NCBI GenBank assembly: GCA_038230375.1 | Contig: JBBRNJ010000044.1 | Span: 9,157-73,156, forward strand | Source of the DNA: Polyangiales bacterium | GTDB lineage: Bacteria; Myxococcota_A; Polyangia; Polyangiales; Polyangiaceae | Length of the DNA: 64,000 nucleotides | Reading direction: 5' to 3' | In this document: positions 37,052-45,947 of the stretch, piece after piece | How positions within the stretch are numbered: the first letter of the stretch is position 1 | Layout of the letters: the number at the start of each line of letters is the position of its first letter | Program-made: the position numbers and the translations under genes | The notes under the pieces: generated by a model | Seen by the model: only the letters and a program-made list of their open reading frames with translations | Told to the model about the DNA's origin: nothing | The model's database searches: none

Positions 37052-38857
37052 ATGGCCGAAGAAGAGTCTTTCGCGAAGTCCCTGTTTTTTGGCGTCGTGG
37101 CCGAGTCCCTCGCCTTCCCATACCCCTCGCTCGCGCGGGCCGAGGCGGACATCGTCATGGGCAAGATGGATGAGGTGAAGAAGCTGTTCGATCGCGACAG
37201 CTCAGCGCCCCACCTGCCCGAGCACTCGTCCCCGCGCCTGCCCGACCCTTCGTCCCCGCGCCTCCCCGACACGTCGGCTCCGGAGGTCGCCGCGAAGGGT
37301 TCGCTTCCGGACGACATGCGGCGCGGTCTTCGCGCGGTCGGCGCCTTCGGGTTTGCGATGCCGAAGGTCTATGGCGGCGCCGAGCTCTCGGTGACCGCGA
37401 CCACGCGCCTGCTTCAGGAGATCGCCTCCTACCGCACCGCCGCCGCCGTCTCGCTCAACGTGCACGAGAGCCTCGCTGCGCGGGCCATCCTTGCCTTTGG
37501 TTCGGATGAGCAGAAGCAGAGATTCATTCCGGAGATGGCCACCGGCGAGAACCTTGGCGCGTTCTGCCTTGCCGAGCTCGGGGCCGGCAGCGACGCGGGC
37601 GGAATCAAGACGCACGCGAAGAAGGTCGGCGACACGTACCACCTCACCGGCACCAAGAACTACGTCATCAACGGCCAGGAGGCCGACACGTTCGTCGTCT
37701 TCGCACGCACCTCGCTCGCAGAGGACGGCGCGAAGCCGCGGCTCAGCGCGTTCGTCGTGCCGCGCACCGATCGCACGCGTACCGGCAACCCCATCGCGAA
37801 GCACGGCATGCCCGATCTGCATGTGGTGGACATGGTCATGACCGACGCGGAGCTCCCGGCAACGAACCTCCTCGGCGAGCCCGGCAAGGGCTTCCGCATC
37901 GCCACCGACGTGCTGAACAACGGGCGCCTGGGCCTTGCGGCGTGCTGCCTTGGCAACATGAAGCGGCTCGTGCGGTCGTGCGCGGACCGCGTGCAGGAGC
38001 GGAAGGCGTTCCTTCGTCCCATCTCCGAGTTCGCGCTCATCAAGGACAAGATCGCGCTCATGGCGTCAGAGGTGTTCGCGCTCGAGAGCACGCTCTATCT
38101 GGTCACGGGGCTTGCGGATCGCGGCCGTGTCGAAGGATCGGGAAGCGTCGACATCTCGGTCGAGTGCGCCATGCTCAAGATCCTGGCGTCCGAGGCCTAT
38201 TTCAAGATCGCAAACGAGGCGATGCAGATCATGGCGGGCGCCGGCTACCTCGTGCCGAACTTCGCGGAGAAGCACGCACGCGATGCGCGCTTCTTCCTGG
38301 TTTACCAGGGCACGAACGAGACACTGCGCTGCTTCGTCGCGCTGTCCGGCATGCAGGCGCCCGGCGAGAAGATCACCGAGGTCTCCCGCGCGCTGCGTGA
38401 GCCCATCAAGGGCTTCGGCCTGCTGGGTGACTTCGCCATGCGCAAGGCGAAGAGCGCGTTCGGTCGTGAGCGCCTCTCGCTCGCGCACCCCGCCGTCTCG
38501 CGCGAGGCGAACATCGTGGAGGAGTACGCGCAGACGCTGGCGCGCAACGTCGACAAGGTGCTGCGCCGCCACGAGAAGAACATCGTGGAGATGCAGTTCA
38601 CGCAACGGCGCATCGCTGACATCGCGATCGATCTCGTCGCGCTCTCCGCATGCGTGTCGCGCACCACGCGTGCCATCGAGAACCGCGGTGAAGAGGGCTC
38701 GCGGCGCGAGATGGATCTCCTGGCCGTCTTCGCGGCCTCCGTGGAGCGAAGGCTTGGAGCCGCCGTGGCAGCGTTCGACAAGAACGACGACGAGCTCCGC
38801 AAGTCCGTCGCGGACCGCGCCTATGCCGATCGCGGCTACCCGCTCGACGTGATCTGA
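37052..38857 (+). CDS. Acyl-CoA dehydrogenase, VLCAD/ACAD9-like
   Basis: AFCLAELGAGSD, GTKNYVING, GKGF, RKAF..PI and GAGY; long C-terminal domain. Confidence 0.9.
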   Translation: MAEEESFAKSLFFGVVAESLAFPYPSLARAEADIVMGKMDEVKKLFDRDSSAPHLPEHSSPRLPDPSSPRLPDTSAPEVAAKGSLPDDMRRGLRAVGAFGFAMPKVYGGAELSVTATTRLLQEIASYRTAAAVSLNVHESLAARAILAFGSDEQKQRFIPEMATGENLGAFCLAELGAGSDAGGIKTHAKKVGDTYHLTGTKNYVINGQEADTFVVFARTSLAEDGAKPRLSAFVVPRTDRTRTGNPIAKHGMPDLHVVDMVMTDAELPATNLLGEPGKGFRIATDVLNNGRLGLAACCLGNMKRLVRSCADRVQERKAFLRPISEFALIKDKIALMASEVFALESTLYLVTGLADRGRVEGSGSVDISVECAMLKILASEAYFKIANEAMQIMAGAGYLVPNFAEKHARDARFFLVYQGTNETLRCFVALSGMQAPGEKITEVSRALREPIKGFGLLGDFAMRKAKSAFGRERLSLAHPAVSREANIVEEYAQTLARNVDKVLRRHEKNIVEMQFTQRRIADIAIDLVALSACVSRTTRAIENRGEEGSRREMDLLAVFAASVERRLGAAVAAFDKNDDELRKSVADRAYADRGYPLDVI

Positions 38858-38867
38858 GAAGCCATAG

Positions 38868-39848
38868 CTAGCTTGCCAGGGCGGCTAGCTCGGAGGGGAG
38901 GGGCTCGGTGCCGCTTGGGGTGCGGATTACGAGCTGGCTGCCTTCCTGCTCTATGAGGTGGGAGTGGGCCATCGGCATGAACACCGAGCCCTGCAGCATG
39001 CCCACAGCCACGCGTACGACGACCTCTTCCGGAAGGCCCGACACGATGGTCCGCCCTTCGGCGCCGGAGATGCTCACGTCGCGCATGGTGCGGCGCGGAC
39101 GCAACACGTTCGGCGCGAGCACGACCACCCGCAGCGTGAGATGGCCGTCGGGCAGCTTCTCCCTGAAATGGGCGAGCGCACGCTCGCGCACGCGCCACCC
39201 GACGCGCAGCGCGCCATCCACCGGCAGCGCCACGCAGGCGTCCTCCGCGTAGCCACGGATGGAGAGCGGGGCTGCCTCTGGTTCCGGAACCGCCGCCCTG
39301 GGCGCTGACACGAGCCCGCGTGTCGGCGTGACGGCGTCGTCTTCGTCTTCGTCTTCGGTCTGCTCGGCCTGGACGTGCTCGTTGTCGGGAGGCAGCGCTG
39401 GTGGTGGCGGTGGCGCGTACGCGGTGTCAGTCAGTCGCGCGAGGAGAATCTGCGCCGCTGCGTGCTCCGGCTCGCGAGCGAGCACGCTGCGCAGCGTCTC
39501 CACGGCGCGGGCCGTGTGCCCCTGGGCCGCGTAGATCTCCGCGAGCGTGACGGTCGGAACAATCTCTCCGGAGGTGCGCGGCCGCGGCGTGGGCACCGAA
39601 TAGCGCTGCTGAGCGTCGGGTAGATTCAGGCCCTTTTCGACCGCGCGAAACAGGAGATCGCGCGCCATACCAAAGAACCCGCGCGCCTTCTTCACCGAAG
39701 CGCGATCCTCCGTCCGCGCGAGCAGGAGCTCGTCCACGAGCTCGGGCCGCGTGAGAATACGAGCGCGCTTCACGCCGACGGACTCTGCCTCGGAGATGAG
39801 CGTGTCACGATCGAGCGCTTCCAGCTCCTCGCGCGAACGTTTCGACAT
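38868..39848 (-). CDS. Hypothetical protein (Rho-N-like helix pair, TPR-like motif, DUF4912-like C-terminus)
   Basis: REELEALDRDTL...RPELVDELL; PTVTLAEIYAAQGH; beta-rich C-terminus. Confidence 0.7.
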   Translation of the reverse strand: MSKRSREELEALDRDTLISEAESVGVKRARILTRPELVDELLLARTEDRASVKKARGFFGMARDLLFRAVEKGLNLPDAQQRYSVPTPRPRTSGEIVPTVTLAEIYAAQGHTARAVETLRSVLAREPEHAAAQILLARLTDTAYAPPPPPALPPDNEHVQAEQTEDEDEDDAVTPTRGLVSAPRAAVPEPEAAPLSIRGYAEDACVALPVDGALRVGWRVRERALAHFREKLPDGHLTLRVVVLAPNVLRPRRTMRDVSISGAEGRTIVSGLPEEVVVRVAVGMLQGSVFMPMAHSHLIEQEGSQLVIRTPSGTEPLPSELAALAS

Positions 39849-39933
39849 GGTCCGGAGGGTCGCCCGAGCTTGTGCGTGCATCAAGCTATTTTCTGGGTTG
39901 GGGTGGGGGCACAGCTTGGATTACGATGGGCCC

Positions 39934-40668
39934 GTGGCAGTCCCGAAACCAGGTCAGTCCCCTTTGCAGAAGGGTGATCCCAAGTTCGCACCTGGCACCA
40001 CGGCGAAGCTGAGCCCGACACGTGAGCCCGCCGTCCCGCCCCAGCGCCCGCGTACGCCTTCCAAGACGGACGAGATCGACACGCAGACCGGCGCACCGAT
40101 CGAGCGAAAGGGCGTCACCCCTCGCGCGCCCTCCGTCGTGTCTCCGCGCGAAGTGACCATGCCGTCGCTGGACATCCGGGAGATCGTCCTCAACGCGGTG
40201 AAGGAGGCCACGGCCCCACTCGAGACGCGCATCAAGCAGCTCGAATTGCGTCTCGCCCTCCTGGACGCCGACTTTCGCGAGGCCGTGTCGTCGTCACCAG
40301 AGGAGACGCGACCGAACGCCGCGATGCCTGTGCCCCCGGGCCAGGCCTTCGTCCCGGCCTTCGTACCGGCGCCGCCCCCCATGATCAACGCACCGGCCTT
40401 CGCGCCCGCGTCACCGTTCTCCAACCTCCCGGTGTCCGCGTCTGCATTCGCGCCCGTCCCTGCAGCCGCTCCTGTAGCGCCCATGCGGCCGGCTTTTGCG
40501 TCGATGCCGCAGCAACAGATGAACTTCGAAGACGCGCACCTCTCGCCCGACGAGGTCGCCATGTTCGACGGCAACAAGCGCGGCCGCCGCATGACGATCT
40601 ATTTCGTCCTCGTGCTGCTCCTGCTCGGAGGCCTATTGGGGCTCTGGGCCAACATCAGCCGCGGCTAA
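39934..40668 (+). CDS. Pro-rich protein with short coiled coil and C-terminal TM anchor
   Basis: TACGAT box 6 nt before GTG; C-terminal IYFVLVLLLLGGLLGLW. Confidence 0.75.
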   Translation: MAVPKPGQSPLQKGDPKFAPGTTAKLSPTREPAVPPQRPRTPSKTDEIDTQTGAPIERKGVTPRAPSVVSPREVTMPSLDIREIVLNAVKEATAPLETRIKQLELRLALLDADFREAVSSSPEETRPNAAMPVPPGQAFVPAFVPAPPPMINAPAFAPASPFSNLPVSASAFAPVPAAAPVAPMRPAFASMPQQQMNFEDAHLSPDEVAMFDGNKRGRRMTIYFVLVLLLLGGLLGLWANISRG

Positions 40669-40697
40669 AACAGCGTCGCCCCATGCGACGCTGTTTT
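40667..40697. terminator. Bidirectional intrinsic terminator
   Basis: AAAA-CAGCGTCGC-CCCAT-GCGACGCTG-TTTT between convergent genes. Confidence 0.85.
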
Positions 40698-40742
40698 CGT
40701 GTTGGACGATCTTGGTTCACTCACGGAGTGACTGGGACGCGG

Positions 40743-41672
40743 TCAGCGCAGGAGAAGAGTCGCGGCTTCGTCTCGATCTTTGGTTATTTGGGCTTTGAGA
40801 TCATCTAGGCCTGCGAATTTTTTTTCGGGGCGGAGGTGGTGACGTAGATGAACGCGCAGGGTCTTGCCGTAGAGGTCTGGAGCTCCGGTTAGTAGGTGGA
40901 CCTCTGGTAGACGCTCGGCTTCGCCTCCGGTTACCGTGGGGCGGGTGCCTACGTTCATGACTCCTCCGCCCAGGGGCGCGACCACGCGCTCGCCTTCGAG
41001 TTCTTCTACTTGGACTGCGTAGACGCCGTTTGCTGGGAGCATTTCCTCTACCTGGCCCAGGTTTGCGGTGGGGAAGCCGATGGTTCGGCCCAGCGCTCGC
41101 CCGTGCTGGACCACGCCGGTCAGCGCGTGGGGCTTCTCGAGCACCAGCGTTGCTTCGTTCACGTCGCCGCGCGCGATCGCCTCTCGGGCTCTCGTGCTGG
41201 ACCAGGGCCCGCTCGCGTCTCCCACGCGCGCGTGCACTGACACGGAGAAGCCGAGCTGATCGCCCAGCGCGCTCAGCGTGGTGAGGTCGCCCTCACGGCC
41301 CTTTCCGAACCGAAAGTTGTATCCTACATATACTTGGGAGGCGCCCAGACGCGACCTGAGGAGCGACGTGCAGAACGCCTCGGGGCTGAGGCTCGCGAAT
41401 GCCAGGTCGAACGGCTCCACGTGCACCTTGGCGCCCAGCGCGGTCAAGAGGGACAGCTTGCGCGCGAGCGGCGTGAGGACCGGCGGATGCGGCCTGCCCA
41501 GCACCACTGCAGGATGTGGATGGAACGTGAGGACGACCGCCTCACCTCCGTGCGCCGTGGCATCGGCGACCGCGTGGGAGAGCAGATCGCGATGCCCCCG
41601 GTGAACGCCGTCGAAGTTGCCGATGACGACGACCTTGTTCCTGCTGCGCTCCGCGGGCGCGGGGGTCGCCAT
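40743..41672 (-). CDS. ribF: Riboflavin kinase/FAD synthetase
   Basis: GNFDGVHRGH, GFPTAN, NVGTRPT, EVH and LRPEKKF. Confidence 0.95.
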   Translation of the reverse strand: MATPAPAERSRNKVVVIGNFDGVHRGHRDLLSHAVADATAHGGEAVVLTFHPHPAVVLGRPHPPVLTPLARKLSLLTALGAKVHVEPFDLAFASLSPEAFCTSLLRSRLGASQVYVGYNFRFGKGREGDLTTLSALGDQLGFSVSVHARVGDASGPWSSTRAREAIARGDVNEATLVLEKPHALTGVVQHGRALGRTIGFPTANLGQVEEMLPANGVYAVQVEELEGERVVAPLGGGVMNVGTRPTVTGGEAERLPEVHLLTGAPDLYGKTLRVHLRHHLRPEKKFAGLDDLKAQITKDRDEAATLLLR

Positions 41673-43355
41673 CTACGGGCTCCCCACGCATTCGGGGGGC
41701 ACCGGGTGATCGGTGCACGTCTTCTCGCCGTCCGGGCTCGTGGGCGGCACGATCTCCAGCACTGCGCGCGTGCCCTGCGACGGCAACACGGGCCGCGCCT
41801 TCTTGTCGCAGCTGCCGGTGGACGTGGTGCTGGTGCCGGGAACGATGGATCCCTCGAGCGTGGCGCAGCTCCCCGCCTCGTTCGGCGTGGTCCACGCCTG
41901 CCCCGTGGGATACACCGCGTTGATCGCATAGCGACCAAGCGGCAAGCAACCTTGCTTCACGCTGCGGATGAGCGGGTTCGCCTTCTGCACGGCCATGGCA
42001 TCGAAGAGCGGCTTGTCCCCGACCTCTGCCGGGTCAGCGCTCTTCCCGACAAGGTGCGGCGTGACAAGGACACCGCCACCGGCCACGTTGCGCGCGTCGA
42101 TGCAGAGCACGCTGGGCCGCACGAGCACCGTGATGTGCTCCTTCGCGGCCATGGCATCCGTCGGTGCCTTCGGAGGCGCGCCCGCGAGCGTGGGCAGGAA
42201 GCCGTCATTGTTGAGCGTGATGCCCTGGATGATCACGATGGGCTGCGTGGCACTGCCCTGCGCACGCAGCGACTGCGGGTCGGACGCGTGCCCGGGATCG
42301 TCGGCGAGCTTCGCGAACACCACCAGCGGCCACACGCTCTGGAGGAGCGGGTTCTCCGGCAACGTCGTTCCCATGCTCCACAGGAGGAGCCCGTTGCCAG
42401 GCGGCGCAGGCGTGAGCGGAAGACCGAACGGCCCGGTCTGTGAAGTCGCATCGGCCACCTCTCCCTTGGGGACACCCCAGTGAAGAATGGTCTGCGTGAA
42501 CGACGCCTGCAGCGCGATGACTGCGCCAATGTTGGTCGGGTCGGCCGGCGGCGCGAGCACGGCGCGGTCCTGCGTCATGGTGATCACGGGCGTGAAGGCC
42601 GGATCGCCCGTGGGGTTGCCGGGCGTGATGACGCCGGCCTTTCCCGGAGCATTCGCCCCCTCGGGGTAGAAGTACGGGCGCCCGTATCCCAGTGGCAGTC
42701 CGACGGTCACGGGGATGCCGTCAGCAACAAAGCCTTCATCCGGAATCACGAGCGCAGTGCCACCGCTGGGCGACTGCGCCGGATAGCCGACGGTGACCGG
42801 CAGGTACTTCGGCGAGTAGCTGACGTTCGCCGCGTTCTTCTGCGCGTCCGTGAGGTCGACGAAGCCGCCGCCCAGATCGCCGCGCTCGGGAAGGTTGCGG
42901 AACTTGAACGTGGGCAGGAAGCGACCCACGCGATCGAAGAAGCTACCCATGACGTACACGCCCGCGTCCAGCGGCGACACGATGTACGGCGCGGTGACAT
43001 TGAGCGTGGTTGAGTCGTTCGGGCAGAAGAGGTCCGGCCCGGAGTTGCGAATCTCGTTCGGGAAGAGCAGGTCGCCCGGCACCACCGTGAAGTTGATGGC
43101 GCTGTTCGCCAGACCCTCCGGCGGCGGCGGGTTGTTCGCCGCAAACACCAGCACCACGGCACTGCCGACGATGTGCCCGTTCTGCGAGCACGGGCGAGGG
43201 CCCGAGTACGTGACAGCGCCGCGAATGACGCCGCGCGGAAGGAAGAGCCGCTTGTCCAGTCGCTGATCATCGATCGGCACGGGATCGCACCCGCCGAACG
43301 CGTTCGGCAGGAGGAGCAACGTGAGAGGGATGAGGAGGTTTCTTGTGATGCGCAC
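41673..43355 (-). CDS. Large lipoprotein, unknown function
   Basis: LLLLPNAFGGC signal/lipobox; Pro/Gly-rich beta protein with several Cys. Confidence 0.8.
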   Translation of the reverse strand: MRITRNLLIPLTLLLLPNAFGGCDPVPIDDQRLDKRLFLPRGVIRGAVTYSGPRPCSQNGHIVGSAVVLVFAANNPPPPEGLANSAINFTVVPGDLLFPNEIRNSGPDLFCPNDSTTLNVTAPYIVSPLDAGVYVMGSFFDRVGRFLPTFKFRNLPERGDLGGGFVDLTDAQKNAANVSYSPKYLPVTVGYPAQSPSGGTALVIPDEGFVADGIPVTVGLPLGYGRPYFYPEGANAPGKAGVITPGNPTGDPAFTPVITMTQDRAVLAPPADPTNIGAVIALQASFTQTILHWGVPKGEVADATSQTGPFGLPLTPAPPGNGLLLWSMGTTLPENPLLQSVWPLVVFAKLADDPGHASDPQSLRAQGSATQPIVIIQGITLNNDGFLPTLAGAPPKAPTDAMAAKEHITVLVRPSVLCIDARNVAGGGVLVTPHLVGKSADPAEVGDKPLFDAMAVQKANPLIRSVKQGCLPLGRYAINAVYPTGQAWTTPNEAGSCATLEGSIVPGTSTTSTGSCDKKARPVLPSQGTRAVLEIVPPTSPDGEKTCTDHPVPPECVGSP

Positions 43356-43390
43356 GGGCGACTGAATTCCAGGCTGGAATTTGGAGAGAG

Positions 43391-45901
43391 CTAGAATTTG
43401 TAAGAGAGGATGCCCATCACGCGGCGCCCCGCGAGCTGGCCGAACGGGTGCTCGCGGTGCTGCACGTCCAGGGCGTTCCACACCATGGCGGAGACCTCCG
43501 CGCGGTTGCCGTAGAAGCGGTAGCCGGCGCGCGCGTTGAGCAGCGTGTACGCGGAGAGGATGAACTTCTGGGTCTCGATGCGCTGCGTCTGCACGTTCGT
43601 GACTTGCTCCGCCCACGTCTGATCGGAGACGAAATGAAAGTCGACCTCGCCGTCGAACCCGGCCTGCGTGCGGAGCTGCACGCCTGCGTTCAGCTTGTGC
43701 GCGCTGGTTCGCTGGTCGTCCGTGATCACGGCGAGCCGCTCGGGCGAGCACTGCGAGTTGTCCTGCTTCGCGAGATTAAGCGTGTAGTTTGCATACACGT
43801 CCAGACCTTCCACCGGGTAGGTACGCGCGCCGATCTCTGCGCCGTACACGTCGAACCGCTGGCACTGGTTCTCGAAGCCGCCGAAGAAGAGCGGGTACAG
43901 CCCCGTCTGCGGATCCAGCGCGCCGATGCCGCTCTGCACGTCGGACGCGGTGACGGGGCGGATGGCGGCGAGCTGGATAAGGTTGTCGACGCGGTTGTAG
44001 TAGAACGCCGTGTCCACCGTGATGACATCGCTGTCCTGCGTGAGGTAGCCGAGCTCCGCGGAGACAATGCGCTCCGCATGAAGCTTGAACGAGGGGTCGT
44101 CGGAGCGGATGCCCTGCGATACGAGCGAGCCGCCGTTCACGGGGAGCTGGATGGGAAGGTTCAGGTAGGACTCGAGGAACGTGGGCGCTCGAAACGCCGT
44201 GCCGAAGCTGCCGCGGATGGTGGAGAGCTTGGTGGGGTGGACCAGCACGGCGCCGCGCGGTGAGTGCACGAACTCGTCCAGGTAGGGCACGTAGTCGCCG
44301 CGGTAGTCGCCGACGATGCCGACGTACTTGCCGATGTGCAGCTCGTCGTGGACGAACGCGGCGACGTGGTTCTCGATGCGGCGCTGATCGAGGTATGTCC
44401 AGCCGACGTTCTTGTAGCGATAGTTCGCGCCGATGCGGATGTCGTTCTGGACCGTGTCCGTGATCTTGATGCTGTACTTGCCCTGGAGCTCACCATCCAG
44501 GACGTTCTCCTCCGCGCGCGACGGCAGCGTGCTCTGCCCCAGCGTGTTCACGTTGAGGACGTTGTCCGTGCGGAAGCGGTTCCAGAAGACGCGCGCGTCC
44601 ACGTGCTCCGACTCCAGGCTGGTCGTCACGTCGGTGGAGGCGATGTTCGGCAGCACGATGTCGTTGAGCGGGCCGATGCCAAGGACCTCGAGGCTGCCCT
44701 GCGTGAGCCCACCGCCGATGTTGAGGTTCACGTCCTTGCCAAGGCGCTCGCGCGTGCGGAAGTCGAGACGGGTGGTACGTGCAGACTGCACCTGATCCTG
44801 CGTGCCGAGCACGATGTCCGAGCGCCCGTTCGGGACCTCGCGCGACCAGCGCGGCAGGTAGTCGTAGCCGGCGGCCGCGCGCCACGAGAAGAAGCCCTCG
44901 GAGCCGCTCGTGTAGAGGCTGCCGTGCGTCTGCCCCTGCGTGCCGACGCCGCCAACGGCGCCGTTCTTCCCCTCGCCCGGACGCTTCGTGATGATGTTCA
45001 CGACGCCGTTGAACGCGTCGGCGCCGTAGAGCGCGGAGCCCGGACCGCGGACGACCTCGATGCGCTCGATGTCCTCGACGCCCACCGGCAGCGCCTGCCA
45101 GAGCGTGGCGCCCAGGATGTCGATGTACACGCTGCGGCCGTCGACGAGGACGAGCGTCTTGTTGGAAAGCCGCTGGTTGAAGCCGCGCGCAGACACCTCG
45201 GTCTGACCGCCGGTCACCTCCATGATGTCGATGCCGGCGAGACGGCGCAAGAGCTCGGGGATCTTGGTGATGCCAGAGAGGCGGATGTCTTGCTCCGTGA
45301 TGATGCTGAGCGAGTTCGGAGAGTCGAGCGGGCTCGCAGAGCCGCGCGATGCGGTGACGGCCTTCTCGGCGAAGACGTCCTCGGTGCGTACGTCGTCTTC
45401 GGGCTTAGGCGGCGGCGGCGGCTTCGGGGGCTCCGTGCTCGGGGTTGGAGTCGGGGTCGGAGTTGGAGTCGGAGTCGGGGTCGGGGTCGGGGTCGGGGTT
45501 GGGGTTGGGGTCGGGGTCGGGGTCGGGGTCGGGGGTGCGGCAGAGGCTCGGAGGCGTGCTTCCAGGTTCGCGATCGTGAGACCGACCTCCGCCTTGTCGG
45601 GCGGGTTCGTGTCTGCGTACTTCTTGAAGACCTCGATCGCTCGCTCGAGATTTCCGGCCTCCTCGTGCGCCTTCCCGATGTTGAAGAGCACGTTCGGGTG
45701 AGGGAGGATGTCGTAGGCGCGCTGGAGCTCCGCAGCGCCCTCTTCGAACTTCTTCTCGGAGACGAGCTCCATGCCCTTCTTGAAGTGCGTGCGCGCCTCC
45801 GTTCGGGCGTCGGCGTGGGCGGTGCGCGCGATGAAGAGACCGAGCGCCAGCACGGCGAGCCCGCTGGCGAGCCGGGGCCAGATCGATCGCGCGCGCTCCA
45901 T
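43391..45901 (-). CDS. TonB-dependent receptor with N-terminal TPR domain and (PT)n linker
   Basis: Signal peptide, TPR helices (ARTHFKKG...LFNIG), PT repeats, plug (RIEVVRGPGSALYGADAFNGVVNIIT), C-terminal YKF. Confidence 0.92.
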   Translation of the reverse strand: MERARSIWPRLASGLAVLALGLFIARTAHADARTEARTHFKKGMELVSEKKFEEGAAELQRAYDILPHPNVLFNIGKAHEEAGNLERAIEVFKKYADTNPPDKAEVGLTIANLEARLRASAAPPTPTPTPTPTPTPTPTPTPTPTPTPTPTPTPSTEPPKPPPPPKPEDDVRTEDVFAEKAVTASRGSASPLDSPNSLSIITEQDIRLSGITKIPELLRRLAGIDIMEVTGGQTEVSARGFNQRLSNKTLVLVDGRSVYIDILGATLWQALPVGVEDIERIEVVRGPGSALYGADAFNGVVNIITKRPGEGKNGAVGGVGTQGQTHGSLYTSGSEGFFSWRAAAGYDYLPRWSREVPNGRSDIVLGTQDQVQSARTTRLDFRTRERLGKDVNLNIGGGLTQGSLEVLGIGPLNDIVLPNIASTDVTTSLESEHVDARVFWNRFRTDNVLNVNTLGQSTLPSRAEENVLDGELQGKYSIKITDTVQNDIRIGANYRYKNVGWTYLDQRRIENHVAAFVHDELHIGKYVGIVGDYRGDYVPYLDEFVHSPRGAVLVHPTKLSTIRGSFGTAFRAPTFLESYLNLPIQLPVNGGSLVSQGIRSDDPSFKLHAERIVSAELGYLTQDSDVITVDTAFYYNRVDNLIQLAAIRPVTASDVQSGIGALDPQTGLYPLFFGGFENQCQRFDVYGAEIGARTYPVEGLDVYANYTLNLAKQDNSQCSPERLAVITDDQRTSAHKLNAGVQLRTQAGFDGEVDFHFVSDQTWAEQVTNVQTQRIETQKFILSAYTLLNARAGYRFYGNRAEVSAMVWNALDVQHREHPFGQLAGRRVMGILSYKF

Positions 45902-45947
45902 CGGTCGCACTATACCCCCAGAAGACCGGCGTGAAACACCGCTCTTC

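Noticed and set aside
45441..45535. (GGGGTC/GGAGTC/GGGGTT)n tandem repeat as CRISPR or non-coding repeat
   Set aside because: It is the in-frame (Pro-Thr)n linker of the TonB receptor; there are no spacers
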